From the human T2T-CHM13v2.0 reference genome, Homo sapiens: a stretch of 64,000 nt of DNA. Positions 16,566 to 37,326 of this stretch are shown here, one piece after another; the first letter of the stretch is position 1; every line of letters begins with the position of its first letter. The notes under the pieces were generated by a model. It had not been told where the DNA came from. It did no database searches and saw only the letters and a list, made by a program, of their open reading frames with translations. Made by a program: the position numbers and the translations under genes. The DNA is taken from NCBI RefSeq assembly GCF_009914755.1, contig NC_060925.1; one strand, 5' to 3'.

Positions 16566-16815
16566 CTCGGAAGCTCTGGCTGAACCTCTTTCCGCGGGAG
16601 CGGTCCCCGTGGCTGCGCTGCAGCAGGGCCACGTACTGGGCCCTCACGTGGGTGGGGATGACCAGCTCCTCCATGTCGGCCCTGTCCAGGGTGGGCACCT
16701 CTTTGAGCTGCAGCTGCCGCAGCAGGCTGCCCAGGAGCTGCTCCCCGGTCAGGGCGGCCCCGGGGCTGGCCAGGGGCAACACCCAGAGTGCCCAGCAGAG
16801 CCACAGGGGCTGCAT
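16566..16815 (-). CDS. LEFTY1: LEFTY1 exon 1 coding part (signal peptide, RGKR convertase site)
   Basis: [83 protein letters not shown]; 250+247+240+364=1101 nt = 366 aa; MQPL/ALTGEQ/LKEVPT residues fit LEFTY1 rather than LEFTY2. Confidence 0.97.
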
Positions 16816-16918
16816 GGTGCTGCCCTGGAGGAGCAAGAGGCAGAGTGGGGCTGTCCCTTGAGAAGGCTGCAGGAGGGTCTCAGGCAGCTGGATGTGCTGA
16901 GAGCCAAGCCTGGGCAGC

Positions 16919-16924
16919 TTTATA
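16919..16924 (-). promoter_or_regulatory. LEFTY1 TATA box
   Basis: cTATAAAg on the minus strand about 105 nt upstream of the ATG. Confidence 0.8.
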
Positions 16925-17567
16925 GCCTGGGGTGGAGGGAGGAGGTAGGGAGTGGGGAGGGAAGGAGGGAGGGAGGTCACACCCCTGAGACCTCCTGGAA
17001 GCTCACAGCCAGACGAGTCCCTGAGCTGGGAGGAGGGGGCTGTCTAGATAGGGCAAGTCTGTCTGGGCTGTGAACAGCTGGCTACAGCTGTCTATACAAT
17101 GGTCATGAACCCCTAATGTGGGTTGAGGCCTGACCAGTTAAATTAAAAAGCTCATTTCCTAGAGTAGAGGTGGGGCTCTCGTTCTCTGCAAGAGGCTCAG
17201 TTCCCCCAGCTGCTGGTAAGTGGACCTAGAGTCTTGTTCCTTGCTGCAACCAAACAACTGACAGGAACCAGAATGGCTCGGGCAACGCCAGGGCTCTAAG
17301 GGCCAATCCAGTCTGCAGGGATGAGCATCCGGGCCCGTGCTCAGAGGGTCCCGGGGCCTCATGAGATCCTGAGCTGGTGGTCCCCAGTTGTGAAACCAGA
17401 TTTCCCACTGTTCTGGGGGGACCTTCCTAGGCAAGGGAGCCTAGGAGCATTTAGTTCCAACGGGGTTTTGTCCAATAAGGAAGGAGCCTCATCCTCTCCC
17501 TCATCCCTGCTGTTCACAGAATTAGAGTTTAGAGTTGAAAGGAATATCCAGGCTACCTTCTCCCCCA

Positions 17568-17655
17568 ATTTTTTTTTCTTTTGAGACAGAGTTTCATTCT
17601 TGTTGCCCAGGCTGGAGTACAATGGCGCAGTCTCGGCTCACGGCAACCTCTCCCA
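17568..17655 (-). mobile_element. 5'-truncated Alu fragment in the LEFTY1 upstream region
   Basis: Alu 3' end flanked by a CTC(C)CCCAATTTTT repeat. Confidence 0.8.
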
Positions 17656-17889
17656 ATTTTTGAGCTGAAAAAAAACCGAGGCTCAGAGGTGTCAACTTCC
17701 CGAAGCTCACAAAGTTAATGATCAATGTCCATATAAAGTCAGGTCTTGCAATTCACAAAGTTCTTGGCACACTCAAATTATTTACAGCCTAGTTTTGATC
17801 TATGCCCTAAAGGGAGCCAGGTGGTCTCAATCCAGGTGATCAGGTCTAGGCTGGGGCAGGGGGACAATCCCCCAAGACAGAGGACCCCT

Positions 17890-18185
17890 ATCCTGAATGT
17901 GGATTTGTAAGCTGGTTGAAGAGTTTTGCTGGGGAAATAAAACATTTGGGTGATCAGCCAGGGGTAGGGCTACCAGATAAAATACAAGGCACTATTTGGG
18001 ACATAATTATACCAAAAAAATTATTCATTGTCTACCTGACATTCAAATTTCACCAGAGTCCTATATTTTTATTTGCTAGATCTGACAACGAAAAATAAAA
18101 CAAATGTGGATTGGGAGACTGTTTACAATGGTCTGAAGTGTTGCCAGGAGGGAGGGCAGCCCCACCCTTTGTCATGCAGAAGACG
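17890..18185. promoter_or_regulatory. LEFTY1 upstream Nodal/pluripotency enhancer (FOXH1-SMAD-SOX-KLF-SOX/OCT cluster)
   Basis: TGTGGATT at 17898-17905 and 18105-18112; AGAC 18116; TGTTTAC 18120; ACAATGG 18125; CCCCACCC 18160; CTTTGTCATGCAGAA 18167-18181; Lefty genes are established FOXH1/SMAD2 and OCT4/SOX2/KLF4 targets. Confidence 0.8.
17965..18089. mobile_element. Short DNA-transposon relic (MER53-like, internally deleted)
   Basis: Ends tagggctaccagataaaatac... and ...tatttttatttgctagatctgacaac resemble inverted termini; absent from arm B'. Confidence 0.65.
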
Positions 18186-18968
18186 GAGCCTGGCTTCCCC
18201 AACCATCCCCACCTGGGTCTGCCCAGATTGGGCTTGAGATGGTAAAGTGGCCCCAGAACCAGATCTTCTATCTAAGGGAGGAGAGCGGGGCAAGGGAATG
18301 AGTGATCCCTACCCTGACTCAGAGCACATTTGGACCTGGCCCTCGGCCCAGAGCTAAGGGCACTGGAGGGCAGTGGTCTGGCCATGCTGGGGAGAGGGGG
18401 AGGGGGCCCAGGTAGGAGGGTGGATGAGGAGTGGGGCCCTGTGCCCTCGAATACCCTCCTGCCCCTGGTGGGCCAGGATGTGACCCCAACCAGAGGCCAG
18501 GTTGCCAAGTGAGAGCCATGGGAAAACATGGGGGTCAGAGGTCATCCTGGGGCCTCCATGGATGGGGATGAGCTGGACTCAGGCCTGGGCTCTGACGTCA
18601 GCAAAGCTAAGAGTCCAGGAGTGGAGTGGCTTCTAAGTCAGAGCCCAGCATCTAGGGTCTCCAGGGTGGCTTTTGCCCCCTTCCTGGGCAGGGGCAGATA
18701 CTTCTGAGAGTGCTCAGGAAATGCCCCAAGGCCAGTCCAGGTGTCCTGGGCTGCCCCAACCCACACCATCAACCTCCCTGACCCCAGGCCTGGGGGCCCA
18801 TGTGGCTCCTTGGTGGTTCCAGGCACCCCCTGTGTGGGCACTTCCTGTTCTCCCAAAGTAGCTCAGACTCTGGCATCATCAGGGGTCCTTCCCTGGGGCT
18901 CTGTCTGGGCTGAGGAGGGTGGGAAACAAACCAGGAATAGGGACCCGTTTCAGTTCATCCAGCGCCTT

Positions 18969-19756
18969 TGTGTGGTGGGCACATCTTGCCAGACAGCAAC
19001 AACTCAAGCATGGCCTGGGAAGGACCCTTTGTCCCTTGGTGATGTTTGTTCAGTGTTCCAGGCTATGGACCGTGGGAACGGCCAACCTGGATGTTTAATT
19101 ATGTTTAACTATGAAGAATGTCAGGCCCCTGGCCTGTTACTTGGAACACAGGCTGTACAAGGAACAGAGGTCCATTGTTTTGAGGTAGGTGGAGGCTGCT
19201 AAGTAGAGGTTGCTAGATGGAAGTTGCAATGTGAAGGTTTTGGGCTGGGCGTGGTGGCTCACGCCTATAATCCCAGCACTCTGGGAGGCCAAGGTGGGCG
19301 GATCACTTGAGGTCAGGAATTGGAGCCTAGCCTGGCCAACATGGCAAAACCTCGACTCTACTAAAAATACAAAAATTACCTGGGCTTGGTGGCAGACGCC
19401 TGTAGTCCCAGCTAGTCAGGAGGCTGAGACAGGAGATGCGCTTGAACCTGTGAGGCAGAGGTTGCAGTGAGCCGAGATTGCACCACTGCGCTCCAGCCTG
19501 GGCGACAGAGTGAGACCCTGTCTCAAAAAAAGCCAACCAAACAAACAAATGTTGCAATGTGAAGGTTTCTACATGACCTGCACACTTTTCACAAATGGCA
19601 GCGGTTGCTCCTGTCCAGCCTGCCGCTCCTGGACTTCCCCCTGTGCGTAAGTCCCTTGAATAAAGCTCATGTCTTGCCTGCTGTCTCTGGGTCTTTTCTT
19701 TGGTCTCTCCAAGGTGGTGCCCTCCCAGCTTGCCTGCTTGGGGGTCCAACATGACA
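18969..19756 (+). mobile_element. Solo ERVL-type LTR (MER54/MER74-like) interrupted by an Alu
   Basis: TG...CA termini, internal AATAAA near 19659, 5-bp TSD GCCTT/CCCTT, empty site in arm B'. Confidence 0.7.
19243..19545 (+). mobile_element. Alu inside the LTR
   Basis: TSD GTTGCAATGTGAAGGTTT. Confidence 0.95.
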
Positions 19757-19852
19757 CCCTTCTTGGCAAGAGTGAGTTCAAACCTTGCTATGCCACTCAC
19801 ATTTACTAGCTGTGTGGCCTCTGGCAGGTTTTCTTTTACTTTTTCAAATTAA

Positions 19853-25661
<5,809 letters not shown>

Positions 25662-26387
25662 TCAAATCTTGCCTTGAAGAAGGAAATTCTAGAAGCCATT
25701 CATCTCCATAAGCTCCTCTTCCGGCCTCCCTTTCTTTTCAATTACTTAAGCAAATATTTGTTGATGATTCTGCCCCTTTTCAGTATCCTGAATGAACCTG
25801 AAGAGACAGGGGCAACCTCAACAACAGGAAGTACAGGTGCAGTGTGGGGACCTGGGCCAGGCAGGCACTCCGCAAAGGCGAGTTCCAGAGCCCACAGGTG
25901 CCCGAGCTGCCCTTGCAGTGGCTGGTTCCACAGTCACCTTCAGGAAGCCTGGTTTCTCCCCTCGCTTCACTTACCTCTCCTTTTCTCCTTCGCTGTCCCC
26001 CATGCCCTGAGAGGAAGGCATTGTTGACATTTCATAAAGGAGGCCCAGAGCATCTAAGATCCTTGCCCGAGGTCGCAGATTGTTAACGAGAGCACTGTAG
26101 GGGGGCAGGGGAGGAGCAATCCTAGCTAGGTGACCTTGGACAAATTCATCATCTGCCAGTGCCTCAGCTTCCTTGACTATGAGATGGGGCATCAATTCTA
26201 TCTATGCCCCGAGTGCACAGTGAGGATTACATGCGTGCCAGGCAACCACACGGAGCCATCCTGGGCAACAAGGTCCAGCCACCACTGGGGCCTGGCTGCA
26301 AAGCGTCCTCTCTCGCCTTCTTTCGGAATCCAGCCACTCCCGGCTTCACCAACTGACTTGTGGACGGCCTATCAGAGGGAGGGTCAG

Positions 26388-27382
26388 CGACTTGTCCAGG
26401 GCCACACAGCTGGTGAGTGGCACACTGGAGACTGAACTGAGAACTCACTCTTGCCAGGAAGGGGCTGGATGACCTGAAACATGGGTCTTTATTCCTGCCT
26501 CGTTCCCCACTGTCCTCCATGGGAGTCTGAGCTACTCAAGGACAACAGGGAGGGCCCACACAGGGCATGTCTGGAAACCCCAAGGAGCCACATGGGCCCT
26601 CAGGCCTGGGGTCAGGGAGGTTGATGGTGTGGGTTGGGGCAGCCCAAGACACCTGGACTGGCCTTGGGGTATTTCCTGAGCACTCTCAGTAGTGTCTGCC
26701 CCTGCCCAGGGAGGGGACAAAAGCCACCCTGGAGACCCCAGATGCTGGGCTCCGAATTAGAAGCCACTCCACTCCTGGACTCTTAGCTTTGCTGACCTCA
26801 GAGCCTAGGCCTGAGTCCAGCTCATCCCCACCCATGGAGGCCCCACGATGACCTCTGACCTCTGTGTTTTCCCATGGCCCTCACCTGGCAACCTGGCCTC
26901 TGGTTGGAGTCACATCCTGGCCTATCAGGGGCAGGAGGGTGGCTGAGGGCACAGGGTCCCATTCCTCATCTGCCCTCCTACCTGGTCCTCCTCCTCCTCC
27001 CTGCATCATGTCCTCAAGTTCAGTCCCAGGGCTGGGCCCTCAGTGGGGGTGGTGAGCTTCCTCTCGTTCTCCCATTTCCTGCCCCCTGCTGCCCTCCAGG
27101 ATGGCAGATGTGGCTTCAGGATGACTTCACAATTCCTGGCCTTTTGGGCCCTATCTGACCCTGCAGACCAGCCAGATCCCCCACCCCCACCCACCCACAG
27201 GCCTAGGAAGCCAGGCTCCTTCCTCTGCATGACAAAGGATGGGGCTGCCCTCCCTCCTGAGGATGCAACAGCCCATTGTAAACAGTCTCCCAATCCACAT
27301 TCGCTTTCTTCTGGCTGATTGCCCAATTATTTTATTTCCCCAGCAAAACTCTTGAACCCATTGGAAATCCACATTCAGGAAA
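26388..27382 (-). repeat. Inverted duplication arm B'
   Basis: Reverse complement of arm B lacking both insertions. Confidence 0.92.
27224..27373. promoter_or_regulatory. Inverted paralogous copy of the LEFTY1 enhancer motif cluster
   Basis: TCTGCATGACAAAG 27224-27237, CCATTGTAAACAGTCT 27273-27288, AATCCACA 27292-27299 and 27366-27373. Confidence 0.7.
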
Positions 27383-27800
27383 GAGGTCTCTGTTTGCAGA
27401 GGGATAATAGGTCTGGGGGCTTTGCCTTCAGTCTGCCCCTACTGATCTCCCTTGCCCTGGCCCACACCCAATCAGTCCTGTGAATTAATAGTGTCTTACC
27501 CTCTCTCCAACCCCTGGCCAGAAGGGTCCCAGGGTGTGAACTGCGTGTTACAAACAGCCAGAGGTCAAGAAAAGAGCCTGCTTCTCTTTTCTCCTCTATA
27601 CCAAGTGCCACTTCACATGCCAGTCATTCACAGCTGCCTCCTGGGCTCCCACTGCCAGCCTGGCCTCTCCAATGGGCACCAGAATCATCTACCCGAATGC
27701 CCTTCCACTGCCACCTGTTCCCATCTCAGTACACCCAGCCAGGTCTCCAGACCTGGGGCTCATTCTGTTGTTTTTTGTTTTTGTTTTGTTTGGTTTTTGA

Positions 27801-31365
<3,565 letters not shown>

Positions 31366-31369
31366 ACAA

Positions 31370-31960
31370 ACCTCCAGTGACTTCTTATTACACGTTGGAT
31401 AAAATTCAAATTTCTTCCCATGTCCTTAAAGCCCAGCTGACCTGGGCCAGGTTTGCCTGCTCCACCTCAGGTCCTACCTCTCCTCCTCTCCTCACTTGCT
31501 CCCTGAGAACAATGCACACAGGCCTCTTTACTCTCCCCAAACGTGACATGCCAGTTGCACCTCAGGGCCTTTGCACAAGCTGTTCTCTCTACTTGCAAGG
31601 GTCTGTGCCCAGATCTTTGCGTGTTAACTTGTTCTTATCATTCAGGATCGGATGTCACCTCCTCAGAAAGGCCTCTCTTATCCATGCATACATATCTACA
31701 TGTTCCTTCCTGCCTCTACCAATTACTATCTCTCTTTATCATTCTGGTTTATCTTCCTCATAGTACTTAGTACTATCTAAGATTTTCTTCTCCACCTCTT
31801 TAACCATCTATTGACTGCCTCCCCGCTGGAGCGTTGCTTCCAGGAGCTCAGAAAATTTGTCTAACCTGTTTCCTGCTATGTCCCTGTGCCTAGAACAATG
31901 ACCAGCACAATGAGGTATCATGGTAGACACTTCATCAATATTTGTCGAATGAATTAAAAG
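31370..31960 (+). mobile_element. L2 3' end (upstream pieces probably at 27630-27760 and 28460-28640)
   Basis: CTCAGGGCCTTTGCACA...TGTCACCTCCTCAGAAAGGCCT...AATATTTGTCGAATGAAT. Confidence 0.7.
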
Positions 31961-32391
31961 ATGGGCATTCTCACTGTGCAAGCTTGGTGAACTCTGGATT
32001 TCAATTCTTTTGTAAAATGAGGTAGATAGACGAGATGATTCCTTTCAGCTCTAAATCACTAGGAGAGAGAAAAGGGGTGCTTGGGACTTCTCTCTGGATT
32101 AACCCCCATTGGTGCTAAATGCTGCCAGGCCTCTGCCAAGGAAGGTCTCCCAGGACTGAGAAGGGTAATCAGTTTCCCAACCAGAAGTCAGCTGTCCAGA
32201 GCCCTCTGAGCCCCAGGCCCATGCCTGCAGGCCGGATTGTTTCTCAGTCAGCAATCCTTGGTGTGGACTGGGAAGTTTCTGTGCCATCCAAGGCTCAGCT
32301 CTGGCAAGGAACAGGATTCAGAGTCCACACAGAACACCAGTTAGTTCTCCCCTCTTGGGCTGACCAGCATCTGCCGGCTGTGTCTTAATAA

Positions 32392-32728
<337 letters not shown>

Positions 32729-33264
32729 TAAAGTGCTAGGATTACAGGCGTGAGCCACCGCGCCTGGCTAGCTTTTAAGGGTTGGTTTCCCTAGACCCAG
32801 GGTGGAGGGCTCTGGCCACCCAGGAATTCCCAGAGCATCTTCTGACAGGAAGGCACCTAGTGCATTGTTCATGGACCTTCCTGTGAGGGGGCAGCACCAG
32901 TGGCCTGTCCTCCTCAGCCCAGTGACAGCAGGTCCTTGCTGAAACCAGCCCATGCTTCCAGCTCCAGGGAGCTCCCAGCGAGTCCAGATGTTGGGAGGTT
33001 GGGGAGGAGCACAGCTTGCAGTGTCAGACCAGGGAGACCCCTGGGGTGGAGTCTGGAGACCTGGATTTGGCAGGGCTTTGTCACCGACTCATAACCAAGA
33101 CATTCTGCACCTTGGGTCTGAGGAACAGAGATCCTACAATTTCAAAAACAGTAAATGTCTCCAACCTTTCAGAGCAAGAAAGCTGCACAGTGTAACTGAG
33201 AAGGGAGGTGGATCAAGCTATTTGGGGGAAGCTAGGAAGAGGGTCCTTCCTCGCCCTGAGTCAA

Positions 33265-33923
33265 GGCCCATCCTTCTGGTCCCAGGGCCAGACCTTGCAC
33301 TTGCCTGGACCCATGGCATAGATCAGGCAGGGTGGAGGGGGCACCATTCATTGAGGCAGGGAAGGGAGGACAGGCAGGTGCGGGAGTGGGGAGTGGAAAG
33401 AAGATTGGACAGGGACAGTCTGAAGAACTGATGGGAAGCCCAGGGGCCACATCCAGGACTCTGCAGAAGGTCAGATGTGGGGTCTTTGGCAGGAGGTAAG
33501 AGAGCAGGGAGAGTAGATGGCCAGGCACAGCTACAGAGGTACAAGAGCAGAGATGATACTGAGGGGAGCACAGAGGAAAAACTCTGGGAAATAACTAGTG
33601 GCTAGAGGTTTGGGGAGAGAAGGGGAAAGCCAGAGGGGACAGAAAAGAACTGAGAGAGGCAGGAAGAGACCCTCCCCACCCCACCCCTGGACAGCCACAG
33701 ACTGGCGCTAGAATCAGGGACAGGGAGGTAAGGAGGATATTTTTATGCCGTTACAGAAAAAGATGAAAGCTCAGAAATGGAAGAGAGGTCGGAAAATTTG
33801 CAAAGCCACGCATGTGGGGTGAGGACTGCTCAGAGATCAGAGAGGCTTGGTGCTGGAAGGGACCTGAGAGGAAGCTTTGGTCCAACCGCTCATTTTAAAG
33901 AGAGAGAAACTGGGGCCTGCGGA
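33265..33923 (-). repeat. Inverted duplication arm A'
   Basis: Reverse complement of arm A; ORF track shows MEGRSENLQRHACGVRTAQ (-) versus MEERSENLQSHACGVRTAQ (+). Confidence 0.93.
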
Positions 33924-34687
33924 GGTCACCCCACTGTAGATGGTGAGCCAGCCTGGAGTCAAGCATCTATAGGTTAGAGGATCTAACCATATCTCCAAGG
34001 TCCAGGCCTCATGGTGCCCCTGGAGCCCCTTGTTCTCCTTTGGGAGAACAAAAATCAAATTAAAAAGCTGATTATTTTCTGGCTCAGCCTGAGAGGCTCT
34101 GCTACCTTGGTTCTGTAATTAAAAATGAAATAATACATAAAGCGAAGGAGAGAGCTGGTCCCCAGGGCTGCCGTGGGACCAGCCCTCATTTTCCCACATA
34201 AGGCTTCAGCTTCCTGCCCTGGGTCTCCAAAAGCAGACGGTGATATGGGGGACAGGTTGAAGGCTGGCCACATCAACTTTCAGGCCAGGAAAGCCCCACC
34301 TCAGATCAAAGCCAAGGCTGCTGTGCCCCTGGGAGGGAGCATTATGTGAGCCTGTTTGTGGGTCAGCATTGACAGGGCAGGCCTGGGGAGGCCTGTGTGA
34401 CTTGAGCATGAGCTGAGGGAGGCTGCAAGGGGATTGGACATGGCACAGGGCAGTGAGCTGTGTGGCCTTGGGCAGCCCATGACTCTCGCTGGACAACGGG
34501 GAATTTGACCTGCACCACGTTCGTGTCCCTCCAGGGTCTCTGGATCTAGACTAGGGCTGTTTCCGCTAATTAGGAATCATCTCGGGTGTGTGTTTTATTT
34601 CCACTTTCCATGTTTACTGTTGGTGTTTCCATAAGAAGTTTCCAAGATGTGTTAGTTTGGTGTCAAATAAAACAGAAGCATCCTATG

Positions 34688-34785
34688 GTGTGTGTGTGTG
34701 CGTGTGTGTGTGTGCACATGCGTGTGGGAGCATGTGTGGGTGTGTCCATGTGTAAGTGTGAGGCTGTGACTGTGGCAGTGTGTAT
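34688..34785. repeat. Imperfect (TG)n microsatellite
   Basis: Direct reading. Confidence 0.85.
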
Positions 34786-35679
34786 GATCCCTTCCCGGAC
34801 CACGAGCTGACTGAGGGCAGCACCGAGGCCAAGGCTGGCTCTGTGGCTGCCCCATGCCCACGGAGTAGGCTCCTGAGGGTCCTCTGACATGGTTTTGGAT
34901 TTTGTTAATGAAAGATGCTGGTCCCTGGGAAGGTTTGATCCTCCTGCTTGGTACCTGGAAGCCCCCAGAATGTGTCCAACAACAGAGTTCAGCCTTTTCC
35001 TATCTTACAGCCCAAGGTCCTTTGGCCACCAGATGGGAGCCGCCACAGGCCGATTCCAGACAGGCGGCAAGGAGAAGGAAAAGAACAAAGCTGGCCCCTT
35101 CAGAGGTGGGCAAGATGAGGAGTGTTCACAGTGGTTCACAGTGGGGGTTGAACTGGGGCTCTGGGTCCTGTGGCCAGGGGTTCAGGGGTGGTCGTGACCG
35201 CCTTTGTTCCAGGTGTGGCCTGGGCCTGAAGCAGACTCTGTGTGAGGAGTGGGAGGGCTCCCTGAGGAAATGGCTCCCCTGCAGCCTGGATTTCCAGCTG
35301 CTCAGCCCAGCAGGGAAGGGGTCAGTGCGGCCTGAGCCCTGCACACCACAGCTCTGGGGAGCGGCCTGTATTCTCCATGATGAAGACACCACAGCCCTGG
35401 CTGGGGATGACCAGCGGGGCCTCCACAGCCACACTGACCTTCGTCTGAAGTAGGTCTGCCTGACGGGTGCATTTGCCATGCAGCCTCATTCTTCTCCTGA
35501 GCATCCTCCTATCCAGGGGTCTGGGTTCAGGAACGTGGCCCTCCTCACCCTGCCCCTCTCACCCAGGCCAGCTGGAGGCTCCACTCCACCCTTGTGCTGA
35601 AATCCTCCCCCTGCTTCCCCAGGCCCTCTGTCTCCTTCTTCTCCCTCATCCCTTGACTCTTCATGATCTCCAGGCTGCT

Positions 35680-36220
35680 TGACATGGGCTGAATTGTGGA
35701 CCCCCAAAATTCATATGCTTAAACTCTAACCCTCAGTACCTCTGAATGTGTCTATTTGGACATAGGGCCTTTAAAGAGAAAATTAAGTTAGATGAGGTCA
35801 CTAGGATGGACTCTAATCCAGTATGACTGGTGTCCCTGGTCTTGAACTTCTAGCCTCCAGAACTGTGAGAAAATAAATTTCTTTTTCTTTTATTTTTTGT
35901 AGAGATGGGGTCTTGCTGTATTGCCCTGGCTGGTCTCAAACTTCTGTCCTCAAACAATCCTCCCACCTTGGCCTCCCTCCCAAAGCACTGGGATTACAGG
36001 CATAAGCCACCATACCTGGCTTTCTTTGGTAGAGACAGGGGTCTCACCATGTTGCCCAGGCTTGTCTAGAACTCCTGGCCTCAAACAATTCTCCTACCTC
36101 AGCCTCCTGAGTAGCTGGGATTATAGGCATGAGCCACCACCGTGCCAAGGTTGACAAACACATTTCTGTTGCTTAAGCGACCCAGGCCTGGTCATTACAG
36201 TTTTGCTGTAGCAGCCCAGG
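35680..36220 (+). mobile_element. MLT1-type MaLR LTR with Alu fragments at 35880-36145
   Basis: TGGGCTGAATTGTG..CCCCAAAATTCATATG...TAATCCAGTATGACTGGTGTCC...GCCTCCAGAACTGTGAGAAAATAAATTTC. Confidence 0.75.
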
Positions 36221-37005
36221 AATGTGATGTGCCACTCTGCCTACACTGATGTGGACTCAGCTCCAAGTCCACAGTCACAGTGCCAGGTTGCAAACCCACA
36301 TCTGTGCCTCCAGATTCTTCTGAGGCCCTGCCTCTTTCCCTACGGTCTGAAAATGGGGGGCCCACCTCCCCTTAAAGAGGAACTCCCGATGGCAATGGGG
36401 TTCAGCGCAGGCTCCAGCCATGCTGCTCATCTCATCTCGGCCCTGGGCAACCCCAATGAGCCTCATTTTTCTCATTTGTGAAAACGGGCGTCAGATAGAA
36501 ACACGCACTGGATAGGGTTGTTTGTGGGGACTGGGGAAGGTTGGGGAAGTCCAGCTCCAGCTTTGACCTGTATCTGGCACTCCATGAACGCAGCTTTTAT
36601 TTTTATTATTCCTCTCAAACCTATCCCCTTCCAGGATTTTCCAGGTCAGTTAATGGTGTCACCAAGCAGAAGCCTTGGCCTGGCTTCCACACCTGCTTCT
36701 CTCTCACCTGCCCTCATCTCATGGCTCAACAATCCTCATTAAATACCTGCTAAACAATAGCCATTGTGCTCTGCACTGAGCAAACAACAGGAACCCTGTA
36801 GACGGTGGAGGTTTTAGCTTATCTGTGCATTAAACAAATTGAATTTTAAACAAGCAATTGATATTAGGGGGATACACTGGGGGAAGCCAAGGCTCTTTAA
36901 GCCTTGTGGATTACCCTCTTCAACTGGCTTCCCTCATCTTTTATACCCAAATGGCTGCAAGACTCAAGGCACTGTTTTCCAACATTTCTGGAGTTTTCTT
37001 TCTTA

Positions 37006-37221
<216 letters not shown>

Positions 37222-37224
37222 TCA

Positions 37225-37326
<102 letters not shown>

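Larger units (their letters stand above)
17890..19830 (+). repeat. Inverted duplication arm B (interrupted by a MER53-like element and an LTR+Alu)
   Basis: Reverse complement of 26388-27382; ORF track shows near-identical spurious peptides at 18272..18529(-)/26864..27055(+) and 18673..18861(+)/26532..26720(-). Confidence 0.92.

Noticed and set aside
16411-16980. N-terminally extended LEFTY1 ORF in the track
   Set aside because: Starts at a non-ATG codon upstream of the TATA box and runs into intron 1; the true ATG is at 16815
14332-17073. Long plus-strand ORFs over LEFTY1
   Set aside because: Antisense shadows of GC-rich coding exons
18272-18861. Peptides repeated at 26532-27158 that look like a small gene family
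   Set aside because: Similarity appears in several frames and on both strands, reflecting DNA-level inverted duplication rather than coding constraint
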